This document shows, in pieces, positions 25,501 to 39,010 of a stretch of DNA of 64,000 nt. Numbering within the stretch: the first letter of the stretch is position 1; the number at the start of each line of letters is the position of its first letter. The DNA is from Lingula anatina (lineage: Eukaryota; Animalia; Brachiopoda), in the NCBI GenBank assembly GCA_051362555.1, contig CM120642.1, positions 27,218,001 through 27,282,000 on the forward strand, given 5' to 3'. Below the pieces are notes generated by a model. It ran no database searches. It was not told the origin of the DNA and was given only the letters and a program-made list of their open reading frames with translations. The position numbers and the translations under genes are program-made.

Positions 25501-27618
25501 AAATAAAAAAGGATGGTCCACATTCTTTCAGCTCGTCTTTAAAGCAACCAGAGGCAACGGAGACCTCAGCGACATTGCTATTGATGACATATCTGTACAG
25601 CCTGGAAAATGCATAACTCCAACTGGTAAACTACTTTCATAACTAGGACGATGTTTCTATTAGTTTATTGACTAAAGAAGTACGTGAGAGATGATTGAGT
25701 TGACTAATATCTTTATATACTGTCTATGTTGTCAGAGGCACAGTCCCAAATTTGAAAGATTTCAACTGAGCCGACCACTGTCAAGCTTAAAATTCAACCT
25801 CCAAGTATCTTTTTTTCTGGGGGGGGGGATATTACTGTTTTTTATCTATCGATATAGTAGATAAAACAGAGCAGTTTTCGTTTTTATAAGGAACCAGACA
25901 ATTTTACACCATGTTGTTTCCTTTAAGATAGGCCCTATCATCTGTTTAATATACAATGAATTTGTATTTGAGTCCATAAAGATGAACCCCTTCATGCAAT
26001 ATTTATTAACTAAATTAACCACGAGAGAGAGAGAGAGGGGGGGGGGGGAGAGGCTAATATCCTTCATTCTGCTCTCAGTTGTGGCCATCAACGGCCCCTT
26101 CCACTGCGACTTCGAGAGAGGAGAAGACTGTGGTTTCATTCAGAGCAGCGAAGATGACTTTGATTGGACCAGACATACAGGGAACACCGCTTCAGCCAGA
26201 ACCGGACCCAATGGCGATCACACTGACGGAAAAGGTAAGGCCTCGCAGGAAGTTAAATAAAAAGCCTGTTAATGGAAATAAATCTCCATCCCTCCCCGAA
26301 GCGTTATTGAATCCCATTGTATAATCACTTTGATCACGGTAGTTTATTTTAAATTTCAATGAAGAACGTGTGAAATAATACACTTTCACATATATATATA
26401 TATATATACACTTCGAGCATCAGCGAGAGATATTCAAAGCATAATTCGAGAGAGGGTGATGTATTTGACATAATTAGCGAGAAAATCTTTTCGTATTTCA
26501 CCTAAATACATCCCCAAATCAGAATAAAGCGTATGTATTGCAACGGTCACATAACATCCCTAGGAAAATGTACTTAATATTAAATGGAAGAAACTGTTGT
26601 TGCTCCAGGTTATTACATGTACACGGAGGTGTCTGGTAGTTTGAAAGCTGGAAACAGGGCATCCATGGCCACCCCTCCAATCAACCTCAGTGGCAAAGTG
26701 TGCATTAGCTTTTGGTACCACATGTACGGTAACACTGTGGGAGAACTCAATGTCTACACCAGCCGAAATAACAGCAGCAAGACGCGTGTCTTTGCCTTTT
26801 CAAAGAACCAAGGGAACGTTTGGAAGTATGCTCAAACTGCTTATCAATTCGCCGCCCCAACTCAGGTATGGAGTGTGAACTACTTGTATATTTGCATATT
26901 TGACCAAAAAGAAAAAATAATAATAGAATAAAATAAATTAACCAGCCCCTGTCTTAAAAGGCAAAGCATATGCAGGACCCTTCAAAATTTCTTTATTTTT
27001 TCTTTTTTTTTTGGGGGGGGGGGTCGTAATGTTCATCCTTTTTGAATTGAATTAATAGGTTTTCATCTGAAAAACAGACATAAATTAATTGTATGTATCT
27101 GTCTGTTTAGAAATTATCTGTTGTGTAACTTAAAAATTATTATATAAATACCATTGTACACATTTTCAGGTAATATTCGAGGGAGTCCGAGGTGCTAACT
27201 ACGACGGAGATATCGCAATTGATGATATACACGTGGTTCCTGGAGACTGCCCTGGTAAATATGATTTGGCTTGATACGTAAGCTCACAGCGTCATTTTTC
27301 GGATAATTAACTACTCATCAACCTATGGTTTGCATTTAGGCTATATTGTGTTTTAAAGTTTTAAAAGTGAATTTAAAGTTCTTTACCAATAAGGACTGGG
27401 AGGATATACAAAGCAGTAGGCCTTTTGTAACTAGATGACTAGATTTTTTGGTAACTGAAGAGCTTGCTCTCCAGCAAAAAGTCTCCAGAAGTCAACAACT
27501 GGTCATCTTGCAGCCAAATGCCGATTATACAGTACAATAGGTCGAGATGAAGGCAAAAAAGAAGTGCCGAGAGCCGGGATTGAACCAGCGACCTTCAGAT
27601 TTCTTATATATACTTTCC

Positions 27619-27650
<32 letters not shown>

Positions 27651-30600
27651 TCGGCCTATGTACACAATTGTTTTTCTTTTTCTTGTCAGCTCCTCCCTCT
27701 ACGTCTGCCCCAGCAACGACCAGACCCACTACCAGACCCACTACCAGACCCACCTCGGCTACAGGTAGTATCAATTTTGGAAAGCTCTGTACTTGGTACT
27801 TGTTAGTTGTGAATGCTGATTGGTAATCAGGAGACCTTTATTTGTAACAACATGTTTGTTTTTTTTACTTCCAAATATTTCACAGTTCAAGATCATTGTT
27901 TTTGTTGACTTTACCTGTAAGGATTAATTTACGTTAACCTTTAAGAATCTCACCATATCCTATCACTTATGATAAACATTTTATCGATCCCCAAATTTTC
28001 AGTAAAACCTGCAGTGGTAAGTGGTAAGTTTGTCTGCAATTTCGACAAGGACAATTGTGGATTCATTCAGAAAAAAACGGATAACTTTGACTGGACAAGA
28101 TTGAGGGGGAACACGACGTCCGCCAACACTGGACCTACGGGTGACCACACTACTGGTACTTCTGCAGGTAAGAATGGTGCCTCGCGCCTTTTTTTTACTT
28201 GTCCTAGCTAATACATTTCAATATTTTGCCATTGGGACTGTTGTACATAGTAAATTAAAATTGGTGGTTATTATCTCTCGCTAATCTACGTATCACTTTG
28301 TTTCCGTAAGTCCTGTTTTTGAAGACGTTGAATTGAAATTATCTACACCCGCTTAAGCTAAAGTTAGAACGATTGCAAAAAACACTTCATTGTAACGGTT
28401 TGTCGGCGCTATCACCAAAGTTACATTTCCTCAGCTTTTCCATCGCATTTTTCAAACTAATTGTTCTAGTATTTTTACTCTGTAAATTTCTTCTTTCGAC
28501 TCAATAATTTTTGAGTTTTGAGTTTTGAGACTTAGTTTAAATGTTTAAAGATTGCATAACTAATCAATCACAAAACTTGCTTTGATTTAGTCCAAACACC
28601 AATTTTAACTGAATTAAACCACATGCTCTTCCATTGATTTAAACAGCTTGATTTCTAAAAAATCCAGAAAAGGCCACCTATTAGATGTAATGTACTTTGC
28701 AATTGTTCCATTTACATCGTTTGTCATGATCACTGTAGGATACTACATGTACATTGAGACGTCTAGTCCAAGGAAAGTGAACGACACCGCTATCATGATG
28801 AGCCCAGTACTAAATATACAAGGACGGGTCTGTATCAAATACTGGCTCCACATGTATGGGTCCAGTGTAGGAAGGCTGACGGTTTCTACGTTGGATAGCA
28901 ATAACCAACAAAGACGTATGTATTCGGCATCTGGGAACCGGGGCAATAGATGGATTATGGTTTATCACAATTGGGGCTTTGCGCTCCCAACACAGGTAAA
29001 CTAATTGTTTTATCATCGCACGGTAATTATCAGTATTTACGCTACATGTATGCGATTAATTTGGTTACGTGAAGTACTTACTTAATGAAAGGTTGCTTGC
29101 AATGACGCTATTTTTTCAAACTGTCGATATTGGCATATTCACATTACATATCTGATGCCCTTATTAAACGAAGTTGGTCCTGAACCGATTTATATTGGTT
29201 TTTGGTATAGATAATGCAATGGTACGTTGAATGCAAACGTCGTGGTGGCAGCGACGGGATTTCTAGTTATGCCCAAGAAATTCTTTTTGAAGTAAATTAA
29301 TTCGCATTCCTTCATGTAGGACTCGTCAATATATACACTTGCGTTTGTTCTTTTTTTCTTTTCAGATTGTATTTGAAGGCGTTCGTGGTCTTTCTCACAC
29401 TGGTGATATTGCAATAGATGATGTCAGTGTAATACCAGGGATATGCCAGACGGGTGAGCACATAGCCTATACAACCAAATTACAATCTTTTTTCTAAAGT
29501 CAGCATTAAGGCGCTGAAATTATTAATCAGATTTATATCTAGACATCTTAAAAACATACATCAAAAATAACAAGTGCTGCGCGTACAGGAATTCAAAATT
29601 TGGTCTTATCTCTAGACTTGTGTGTAGACTTTTTTATGTTATTCCTTTGCTCATCTTCGCTGTTTTGGACTTTGTTTAATATTCGCAGCTGCTACGACTA
29701 CACGACCGGCCGTCACGACCCAAAAACCAGTCAGCACCGGTGAGTTTAAAGGATAAGATACCTTTTATATTCAAAGAAATTTTGCGTCTTTGCGTTGTGA
29801 CACACCGATAGATTCATTGCGATCAAAACTACTCGGTGCAGATGTCTGTTACAGTTCTGACATCTTATTCTGCCCAAATTTATGGCGTCATGGTATAAAG
29901 GGACGACAAAACTCAGAATAATTCGGTTGCAATTGATCACTGCGAATACATCCCTCAAAAATAATGTTTCAATTACAAATATCCGACGAATGGCAAACAT
30001 TTGGCTCTAATGACGTCTCCTTATTCTGGCGACGATAAGATAAAATAAAGTTATTATTTCAAATGCAGTTCTTTCGTGGTATAGCAGCGATATTTCACAC
30101 TGTCGCTATTTTGACTCCTTCTTCAGTACGGCCCACCATTCTTACGGCACCTTTCACGTGTAACTTTGACAGAAATGTCTGCGGCTTCACACAGAGTTCC
30201 TCTGACCAGTTTGACTGGACAAGACACCGAGGAAACACTTCATCCCAAAATACAGGACCTTCTAAAGACCACACCACCGGATCTGGTAAAGAACAAGCAT
30301 AATAATTTGAATAAATTGGTGTTCCATAAGTTGTGCTGTCGAAAAAAATCTAATTAGAAGTTTAATTTGCGTTTTTCAAAACCTTAATGTTTATCTCTTC
30401 CAAAATACCGAAAAGGCTAACTGCTCTTTGTACCAGGTGTCGGTAGGCCCCCTATATGTGTGCATTAAATTTCTACAATACCAAAAGCGTTCTTAAAAGA
30501 GGTTTCCAAATATCCATTTGTTTTTCGTTATATAATAAATAATATATTTATCCAGATTCTGAGATCCATAAAAATATGCTCTGTAGACTTTACAAATAAA

Positions 30601-33600
30601 ATACAAAGCTAAAAAGATTTTTTTGAATTTTAAAGTTACGCTATTAAAAGTAAAGAGAAAAAAACAGTTTTTAACTATAATATATTATATATAATACATC
30701 GACATAAAATGGATGTTGTCCATGAGCAGATATTCTGATCTAATTGGTACAGTTCCAAGAAATCTTCATTTCTTTTTCTTTTTCAAGGGTATTACATGTA
30801 CATTGAAGCTTCCTCTCCACGACGCCCCAATAACACAGCGATCATTCACTCGCCAACAATTAATATCAAAGGCAAATCCTGTATTAGCTACTGGTTCCAC
30901 ATGTACGGGGGAACCATGGGGAGATTGACAGTCTCAGTGTTGATAGGTAGCAAGCGAAATGTTCTCTTTACAACAACTGGGAACAAGGGAAATACGTGGA
31001 TCCAAAAAAGACACACGTGGGCTTTTGATGTGCCGGCTAAGGTATGGATTATAATTAATGTGCTTGAGTTTTAGTAATCTTTTGCTTTTATATAATCTTA
31101 AAATGTTATATATTTATCAGTCTTATATTACTATTATGGTTTAATGAGGCAGTTCGTTAATAATAACGTTCTTATGCCCAAGATGTATTACAGGATTTAA
31201 AATTACTAGATTTCAGGGTTATGTTCAGACAATCTCAAACTATAAATAAATAGATAAATGAACCGTTATAATCAATATGGTAATAAATGTTACAACTTTT
31301 TTTTTATTTAGATCGAGTTTCAAGCTATCCGTGGTCTTAACTATGCTTCTGACATCGCAATTGATGACGTCAGCGTCACCAGTGGACCCTGCCCGGTAGT
31401 AGGTAGGTAAATTACCATAATTTTCATTTGGAATTTTCATTCAAGATATATATAATTCCTAAAACTAAACGTTTTCACCAAACTTTGGCATGGCATTTGA
31501 TTAATAATAAAAAGTTTCTGAAATGTAATTTCCCCATGATATCACCACTATAATACTTTCACCCGTACCTCGTCTCTCTGCGTTTTTTTTTCTTAAATAA
31601 CTGAATCGTTTGTTTTACATTGCGTGGTACTTTTCTGTACATTAACTCCTAACTTAAGAAACGATATAGATTATTCACGCCTTCATTTTCTCTTTCTGAA
31701 ACAGCGGTGACAACTGCCGCTCCTGTGACAACCAGAAAGACAGTGAGACCTCCCCAAACAACGAAAGGTAGGCTGAAAGCCTCCATTGCACAAAACGGCA
31801 CTTACATTTCACACGCCTGTGCTTCGACTTTGTAGGTTGAGAAAATTCACTATTAGTTCATGTATCGTGCACTAACTTGAATGTTAACTGCTATTAAATG
31901 CTTTTGATACTAATATTGTGTGGGTCTCAAAGGTTCGTTAGTCCGAAAAATCGTTACATTTTATCAGTTTTTTTTAAATAAAAAGGTTCGTTGGTCCGGA
32001 AATTTTATAGTGAACATTCGAACCAATGAAACTTCGGACTGTTGAACCTTCGGACTGCTGTCGTGCTTCCCTAATATTAGCGCTCAGCTCTGCTTTGAAT
32101 CACAAATATTCCGTATTCTTTCTCGCCGTTTCAGCTCCCGTTAGCCCAGTGGTACTAAGCGGCGCTTTCAACTGTAATTTCGACAAAGACACCTGTGGCT
32201 TCACCCAGGATAAGAGTGATACCTTCGACTGGACAAGAAAATACAGGACCACCAGTTCTGCAAACACTGGCCCAATGACTGACCATACGACTAAAGCAAA
32301 CGGTGAGTTTGTCCGGTGTGACAGGAGTGGTACATGTAGTCCGCTAGGAACCGTAGTCCGTTCCCCATTACTTTATACAGGTGACATTCGTCTCGTATAC
32401 TAACCCAAATATACTTTCTTTACGCCAGTTTATGAACTGTTCTTATAATTGTAGGCAATTCGTTCTTTCAGGTCACTACATGTACATTGAAACATCCAGC
32501 CCAAGACGACCTAATGATACTGCCAGACTGATCAGCCCTGTTTTGACCATGCAAGGCCAAGTGTGCATCAATTACTGGTATCACATGTATGGCTCCACGG
32601 TCGGTGCCTTTAATGTTTTCGTCCTGTCAGGCGGCAAAAAGACCGCTCTTCTCAACCTGAGAGGAAATATGGGTAATCAATGGCGACAGGGACAAAGTAA
32701 CTGGGTCTTTACTGCTCCAACACAGGTATGGGAGTTTCTGCTTTGACAGTTTTCCTAATTTACTCATAAAACTTAACCGTCTTTTCCTTTTTAACTTATG
32801 CTTCAACGTACCTAAGCTAAAGTACACACACTGGACAAAAGAAGTGTCACCCCCTAACTCAGAGTAATGATAGTAGGCAGATCTTGGGTACTTATAATGC
32901 CTGGTCTACTTATAATGTGACTAATGAGTATAAAACCGCTATACCATGGAATTGTATTGTTGGTCTTGTACATGTACAGCAAATGTTATTCCTGTCTTCC
33001 TCCAGTATGGCAAGATACAGGTAATTATCTAACGGTTATAGGTGCAAGTTATTAACCTGAAGAGGCGGAATATAAGCAATGTCAGAATATCGATACAATT
33101 GAATTGTTCAGTCAGAACCGTGCAGAGGGTCTGGTCTCGGTATAGAAACACTGGATCAAGAGACAAATTGCCTCTGATGGGTCGTCCAAGAAAAAATACT
33201 GGCCGTGAAGACCGACGACTGATTTGATGTCCAAATTGTCAAAGTTCGACACTGCTTGTCAGTTGACAACACAGTGGAACAATTCCACACATAAGAATGT
33301 GTCTGTGAAAATTGCTAGGCGTCGGTTACATGCTCAGAGAGTGTACAGCAGGGTAGCAAGACTGAAACCTCTTATATCGTTACAAAACAGGCAACGTAGA
33401 GTAAACTAGGGTCAACAGGATCTGGAACTGGACAGTTCATGACAATTGGTCCTATATATTTTTTTCTGATGAGTGTCGCTTTGGTCTGACCTCTGATGAC
33501 AGACGGGTACTATGCTGGCAAACTGTTGGTAAAGCATTTGAACCACATGCACTGAATTTTCGAACCCGGAGCAGCATATTCATTATGGTGTGGGGCTGCA

Positions 33601-35948
33601 TCAGCATCCATGGCTTGGGCGAATTGATAGTGGTTAATGGAAACATGAATCACTAGAAATATATCGATGTTTTGGAGTCAGGCTTGCTACCATCTATTAC
33701 TAACATGTTTGGTGAAAGGAATTATCCATCTGTTCACCAGGATGACAATGCTCCTTGTCACAGGCCCAGAGCAGTTGATGATTGGTTTGACCAACAGGAC
33801 ATTCGCAGGGTGATGTGGCCTGCCCAGAGTCCAGATACAAACATAATAGAAAATGTGTGGAATGATACGTCAAAACTTTTTACAAATGCCCGTCTAACCA
33901 GCAGAGAAACTCTGTTATATTCAGTGTTTCATGCTTGGGCCAGCATAAGCCCTGAACGCATCAGACAATTAAATGAATCCTTGCTTCGTAGACTGGCACC
34001 TATTATTAGGTCACGTGGCTATGCCACTAAGTACTAATTTTTGACTTGAACATACATATTTTGGTAGAATGTATATTTTGTTCTCATTTTGTGATTTTTT
34101 TGTGAAATTTGATGTTAATAAAATGATACCAGGAGCATATCATTCCACAGTCATTTATCTCCCCCATAGTATTGGCTCAGTAGGGGTGACACTTCTTTTG
34201 TCCAGTGTGTGTAGATGTGCCATGCCATGTTATGTTATGTTATGTTGCTACCTCACGTCATATTACGTTACGTCACATTATGTTAAGTTGTTACGTCACA
34301 TTATGTTATGTTATGTTATGTTATGTTATGTTCCAGTTGGTGTTTGAAGCCATCCGTGGAAGCAGTTACACTGGTGACATTGCCATTGATGACATCTCTG
34401 TGAACCCTGGGCCTTGTCCTTCCGTTGGTGAGAAATCTTGCTTTACCTCTGCCTTATTTTGAAGCGAATTAAATGAAGTTGAGACGAATGAAAACACAGA
34501 ATATTGAGTATTTGTTTTAACCTTCATGCAATGAAAGGTCGCATGATAAAAGCTTTCAATGTAATTTCAAGTTATTAGACACACACGTACTTGCGTGTAT
34601 AATCTAATCTACAATTTCAGCACCAACAACTACCATGAAACCAAAAGCAATAGGTAGGTAAACCTTTATAATATTAAAGGTCAAAGTATATTGTTTTCAT
34701 TGCAAAACGTATTCTACTGCCCTAGATTTTACTTAAATAAGTTTTTACCCCTGCACGTGGTACGTCTAAGATTTAATAAGAAAAATAGGGAAACGATTGA
34801 ATAAAAGCGCACTGGGGAAAAAACTATGATAATAAAATAAAATAAAGTAATAACATATTTTTATCCCAATAGTTCTTAACTGCGCTTTCTCTAAGGACCT
34901 CTGTGGATTTGTACAAAGTACGACGGACAACTTGGACTGGTTGAGAAACTCCGGATCAACGCCCTCCTCTGGGACTGGACCTACTGCAGACCATACAACG
35001 GGAACAGGTCTGCCGGGAGCTTTTCTGACCTTTGACCTTCTTTCGTCTACGATTTCCTGTAGTTATATTTTTGCAAAAATACTTTTATACCCGCAAACGA
35101 AAACGCCTACTTACTACTACAAAGAAATCTCTGCTAATATAAAATGCCGTTGGCGTTTGTTCTTAATTGGCTACCGTGTAATCATTATTTTTAGAGGTTA
35201 GTTTAAGGTTTTTTATTTATTATCTTTATTTATTTATTATTATTATTTTTTTTTTTTGGCTTCAGGTAATTATTTGTTCATTGAGACGTCGGGAAAAGCA
35301 ACAAACGACAGCGCTTTGATCACATCACCCAACCTGAACGTCACCGGAACCATTTGTGTCAGTTTTTGGTACCACATGTACGGGGCTGAAATGGGCTCCC
35401 TGAAGGTATACCGCGACACGGGTGTCGTGCGTTCTCCAATCATGGTACTCAGTGGGAACAAGGGAAATAAGTGGCTTCAGGCAGCAGTCACTTTGACCAA
35501 TGTACAACCTACCTACAAAGTAAGTTCTATAATTTTAATTCTATAATTTTGATTAATTTAAAAATTGTTTAATTTGCTGGCTGCAAAACGTGTAGGGGAC
35601 GATTGGCTAATTGCATAACAAAATAAAAATTATCGTATGGCTTTAATACGAGTTTGCGGTATTTAAGACATCTGAGACATCTGTGTAAAAATCGAAATTT
35701 GTGTAAATAAATTACAGTTGTCGGAACTTCAAGAAGTTTGAGCAGGCAATTGAAAAAAGTCTGAAAAACGCGTTTAAGCAAGGAAAACGCGCACTTGCAT
35801 TTTATCTTATTGATAATTACTGTCTTCATTTCTCTAAAAGGTAGCCTTCCAAGCTATAAGAGGAAGGAACTACAGGAGCGACGTGGCCATTGATGACATA
35901 TCAATTACTAAGGGCACTTGCAGCGGAGGCAGCGCGCTAATAGGCTAA
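19550..35948 (+). CDS. Secreted astacin-family (M12A) zinc metalloprotease with six MAM domains and Pro/Thr-rich linkers; ~31 coding exons
   Basis: Signal peptide [15 protein letters not shown]|IAFAAC (19550-19594, 19835-19865); propeptide LFEGDM (21208-21242); [11 protein letters not shown]; [19 protein letters not shown] (22991-23172); Met-turn YDYGSVMHY (23532-23756). Six three-exon MAM modules (CNFD..CGF..DW, FWYHMYG, DIAIDD) from 24317 to TAA 35946-35948, with consistent splice phases. Confidence 0.92.
21361..21542. mobile_element. Small inverted-repeat element with internal CTAACC repeats
   Basis: ccggtgaaacgtaacagaga ... ttctgttac..gttacaccgg termini. Confidence 0.45.
21822..21890. 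mobile_element. 69-bp Tc1/mariner-type MITE
   Basis: ta|cagggtggtccat ... atggaccaccctg|ta, 7 nt downstream of a splice donor. Confidence 0.75.
22336..22607 (+). mobile_element. DINE-1/HINE-like non-autonomous Helentron element
   Basis: Subterminal inverted repeat acctccgcca/tggcggaggt, (GACA)n microsatellite and 3' hairpin acctccttggcggaggt; second copy inverted at 49122-49342. Confidence 0.75.
27555..27560 (-). terminator. Pol III terminator (T6) of tRNA-Phe
   Basis: TTTTTT four nucleotides after the discriminator base on the minus strand. Confidence 0.75.
27565..27655 (-). tRNA. tRNA-Phe(GAA) with an 18-nt intron (27601-27618)
   Basis: GCCGAGATAGCTCAGTTGGGAGAGCGTCAGACTGAAG[GGAAAGTATATATAAGAA]ATCTGAAGGTCGCTGGTTCAATCCCGGCTCTCGGCA. 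Stems pair fully, the mature length is 73 nt, the intron is at 37/38, and A and B boxes are present. Confidence 0.93.
32825..34211 (+). mobile_element. Full-length Tc1 (DD34E) transposon with an inactivated transposase
   Basis: TA TSD; TIR CACACACTGGACAAAAGAAGTGTCACCCC. HTH region and [21 protein letters not shown] and [12 protein letters not shown] motifs (34 residues between D and E); stops and frameshifts. Confidence 0.95.
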
Positions 35949-36686
35949 AAACACAACGAAACTTGTCAATAATAGCGCATGATATCTTATGGCACTTTGA
36001 ATTTGGGTTAAAATGAATATAAGTTATCAAATTTATTATAACGTATGAAAATAAAGAGCTTAATAATCACAATGAGCTGTTGGCCATTTTAGAGGTATGA
36101 CATCACTTTGTCAGAATTTTCCCATGGTCTTTATTCAAATATCGTTTATGTCTTTGATGGACGAAAATAGTAACGCGTTTTAAAGGATTTATAGAACAAA
36201 AATGTCGAATCGTATTCAGATCCTGGCATAGAAAGTGTTACCTGTAAAAGAGCCTTTGCCTTCAAGGAGTTCGGTAAATAAAAAATTGGGCGAAGATTAA
36301 TGGCAAGAAATGATTTTGTATGTTAAGAAAACAATTAGAAATGTTTTTTTATTTCTATACTAATTTTATGACACATTCATATGAAAATAAATATGATTAT
36401 AATATGGCACACAGCCAATGATTTAAATACGGCTTTTGAGCTGCAACAGTCAATGTAATAAAAGGATTACAGATTATAGAATGTCTTTGTACAATATGTT
36501 TTACATTATGTCTTTATACAATGTGCTATTGTGATTCATGACATACTAATGATTGGGTGAAAAGAAAAACGCCAACGCAAATCTCGGAATATCCCACAGT
36601 CATTTCTCGGGCCCATGTAGGTATCTTCATATTCTATATCAATCTCTCCAAAGCCCCAGAGATCGATATTTATTTATTCGTGGCAT

Positions 36687-39010
36687 TTACACTGGGTGCA
36701 GATCACGTGATAAGATGAATCTTGCATCATGACTCGACTCGTCTTTCTCATTTGTGGCCTCGGGCGATATTTTTGGTCGCGGTGAAACGCCTTTCTTCTT
36801 TTTTCGTCGGTGTTCTTTTCTTTTAGCCTCTGCGCTTTCATCCAGTACCGTACCCTCGTCTTTTCTTTTTCGGTGATCGGACTTTTCAGACTTCTTTCTC
36901 CTGCTTTTGCGCACCTTTTCCTGTCCGTCTTTAACTGTTTCATCTAACAGCAGAGAGTGAAGGTTACCGTTCTTTGACCTTCGAGGTTTTTCTCCATGCA
37001 CTGGATTTTGTAGGGAAGCTTCAGTATCTTGTAAATATGCACGCTGTTTTCGTGATCTTTTTACGTTTTCTCTCATAACATCAGTGACGTTTTTCTGTAC
37101 CTCCACGACGTGTATCTCCATTTCATCTTCGGCCTTTTCAGCGGCGATGAATAACAACACAATCAGCAACAAATACCAGGCAATATAAAACGCGTTTTTG
37201 AAAGAAAAAACCAGCTCGTTCAGAGTTCTTCCATTGCGTAAAGACGCCATAATGTAAATACGAACCAGTAAGTATGGGATATCCTGAATAAGGACTTGAT
37301 TTAGGTAGTAGCAGGCACTGTACGTTCGACTTCTCTCTGCTTTGAGCTTGTTTTTGCCAAACTCGTCTTTTGGAGGAGTAGGCACAAACTTCAGTGTGCT
37401 CAACAAGGTAAATGCGACGATCGACACAACTAACGCATCGTTAGCAAATACGTCTCTTTGAAGTAGTAATCCTTGGAAAGTTGCTATATCGTACAGTGGA
37501 AAGAATTCTGATCCGCATTGTTTGATAATGGGATACACGTCTTCGATTTCTGAGCCTTTCTTTACCTAAAATATAATATGGTAAAAATTTTGTAAATTTT
37601 TTTTCAACAAAGAAATTCTAATAACCGCTTATTTTGTGTCTAGAGACACATTTCTAGGTTGATCAAAAAGAAAAAATGTTGCACTGCTAAATAACACAAA
37701 CTTTGTACTTGTATTTAATATAACTCAAAACAAAACTATATTGTTATTTTCATTTTGAATCCGTCGACAATAGAACAACTAGAGCGAAGAAAAAATCTGG
37801 TGACTTGTATCCTCACCTCTTGAAATTTGGCAAACCATTCGTTGATAATCAGACATATCAATGTTACTTGGAGGATGAACATGCTCCATTCGTCAAAACT
37901 GTCGAACTTGGCCGCTTGGAGTGAAGATGTCGATTCTCCAAGTACAGTCGAGCAATTATCAGTAGAATTACTAGTAGATATCTCAGGCTGCGTCTTTACT
38001 ACTGAACAAGGGATTTTTGGCGCATAAACCTGGGGAAGAAAAGAAGGGGAGTTTAAACTTTAAATTTAAATCTTCGAAAGATTAATGATTAACAATTATT
38101 TAATAGAAACTAATGACATTATTTTATTAATTAATTTATTCTCAACGTGGCAAAGAATTTGATGGGAATACGTATCGGCATAATATGATGTTGAAAACAT
38201 TAAGTTCATGTCAAATACTTTTCGATTGTTTTTTCAATATCAATAACTGTATGTAAGACGTATAAAAGAAATATCATTGTTCAGACCAATATTTACCTTG
38301 TAAGTAACCCCGAACAAAACCATGACCGGAAGTAAGCAAAATATAACGTACACAGCTATGGAAGGGCGCCTGAAGACATTGAAAAATAAAATGCAATAGA
38401 TTATACGAAACTTTTAACTACTGTTTTAACTACACATGTGCTCGTCTAAATGCTTGCTTACATTCGTACTTAATAAATCTACAAAAGCATTATTTGCTGA
38501 TAGTTCATGCCTGATAGTGAAGGGACGCATAGAATTATCAAGAAATCACACGAATAGACGCAAAAATAGGTAAAATGGTTAAGTCTAGCGAAACAGATGG
38601 ACGCAAACAATAGTTAGATGAGCGTCTTTGAATATAATATAATATAATATAATATAATATAATATAATATAATCTTACCACCATTCTCTTGCATGCGGCC
38701 AGGACACCTTAATGGCGAAGTAAACAATTAGGGCCACAGTAACCAGGCCGACGAAGATTGCTATCATGATATTCCAAAAAAAACCTGCCGTGACGTCCAG
38801 ACCGTGGAGAAAATGGTCTCGTTCGTGCGATACATTCTGAGGGATCGTTTCCTCCTTGAATTTGTCTACCACGTGCCATATTGCTAGGAAATACGGCAAG
38901 GCGTAACATAGCAACTGCAGAAATCCGAGGCCAATGTATAAAGCTACTTTATGAGTTGTGACTTTGGGACAACAGGACTTGGAATCTACAACGTCGTCTG
39001 CCGCGGACAT
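36687..39010 (-). CDS. Multi-pass membrane protein, TMEM26/TMEM236-like, with a basic C-terminal tail; 4 exons
   Basis: Exons 39010-38679, 38369-38297, 38029-37817 and 37565-36687 splice in frame. Several hydrophobic helices; motif IQDIPYLLVRI...FSFKN resembles TMEM26 QDGPFLVVRL...FFAAKN. Confidence 0.75.
38632..38672. repeat. (TATAA)n microsatellite
   Basis: Direct pentamer repeats next to a splice donor. Confidence 0.9.

Noticed and set aside
27547-27768. 73-aa plus-strand ORF over the tRNA
   Set aside because: It is the antisense reading of the tRNA plus an off-frame reading of the linker exon.
6492-35507. Many short minus-strand ORFs opposite MAM exons
   Set aside because: Antisense shadows that recur only because the exons are duplicated.
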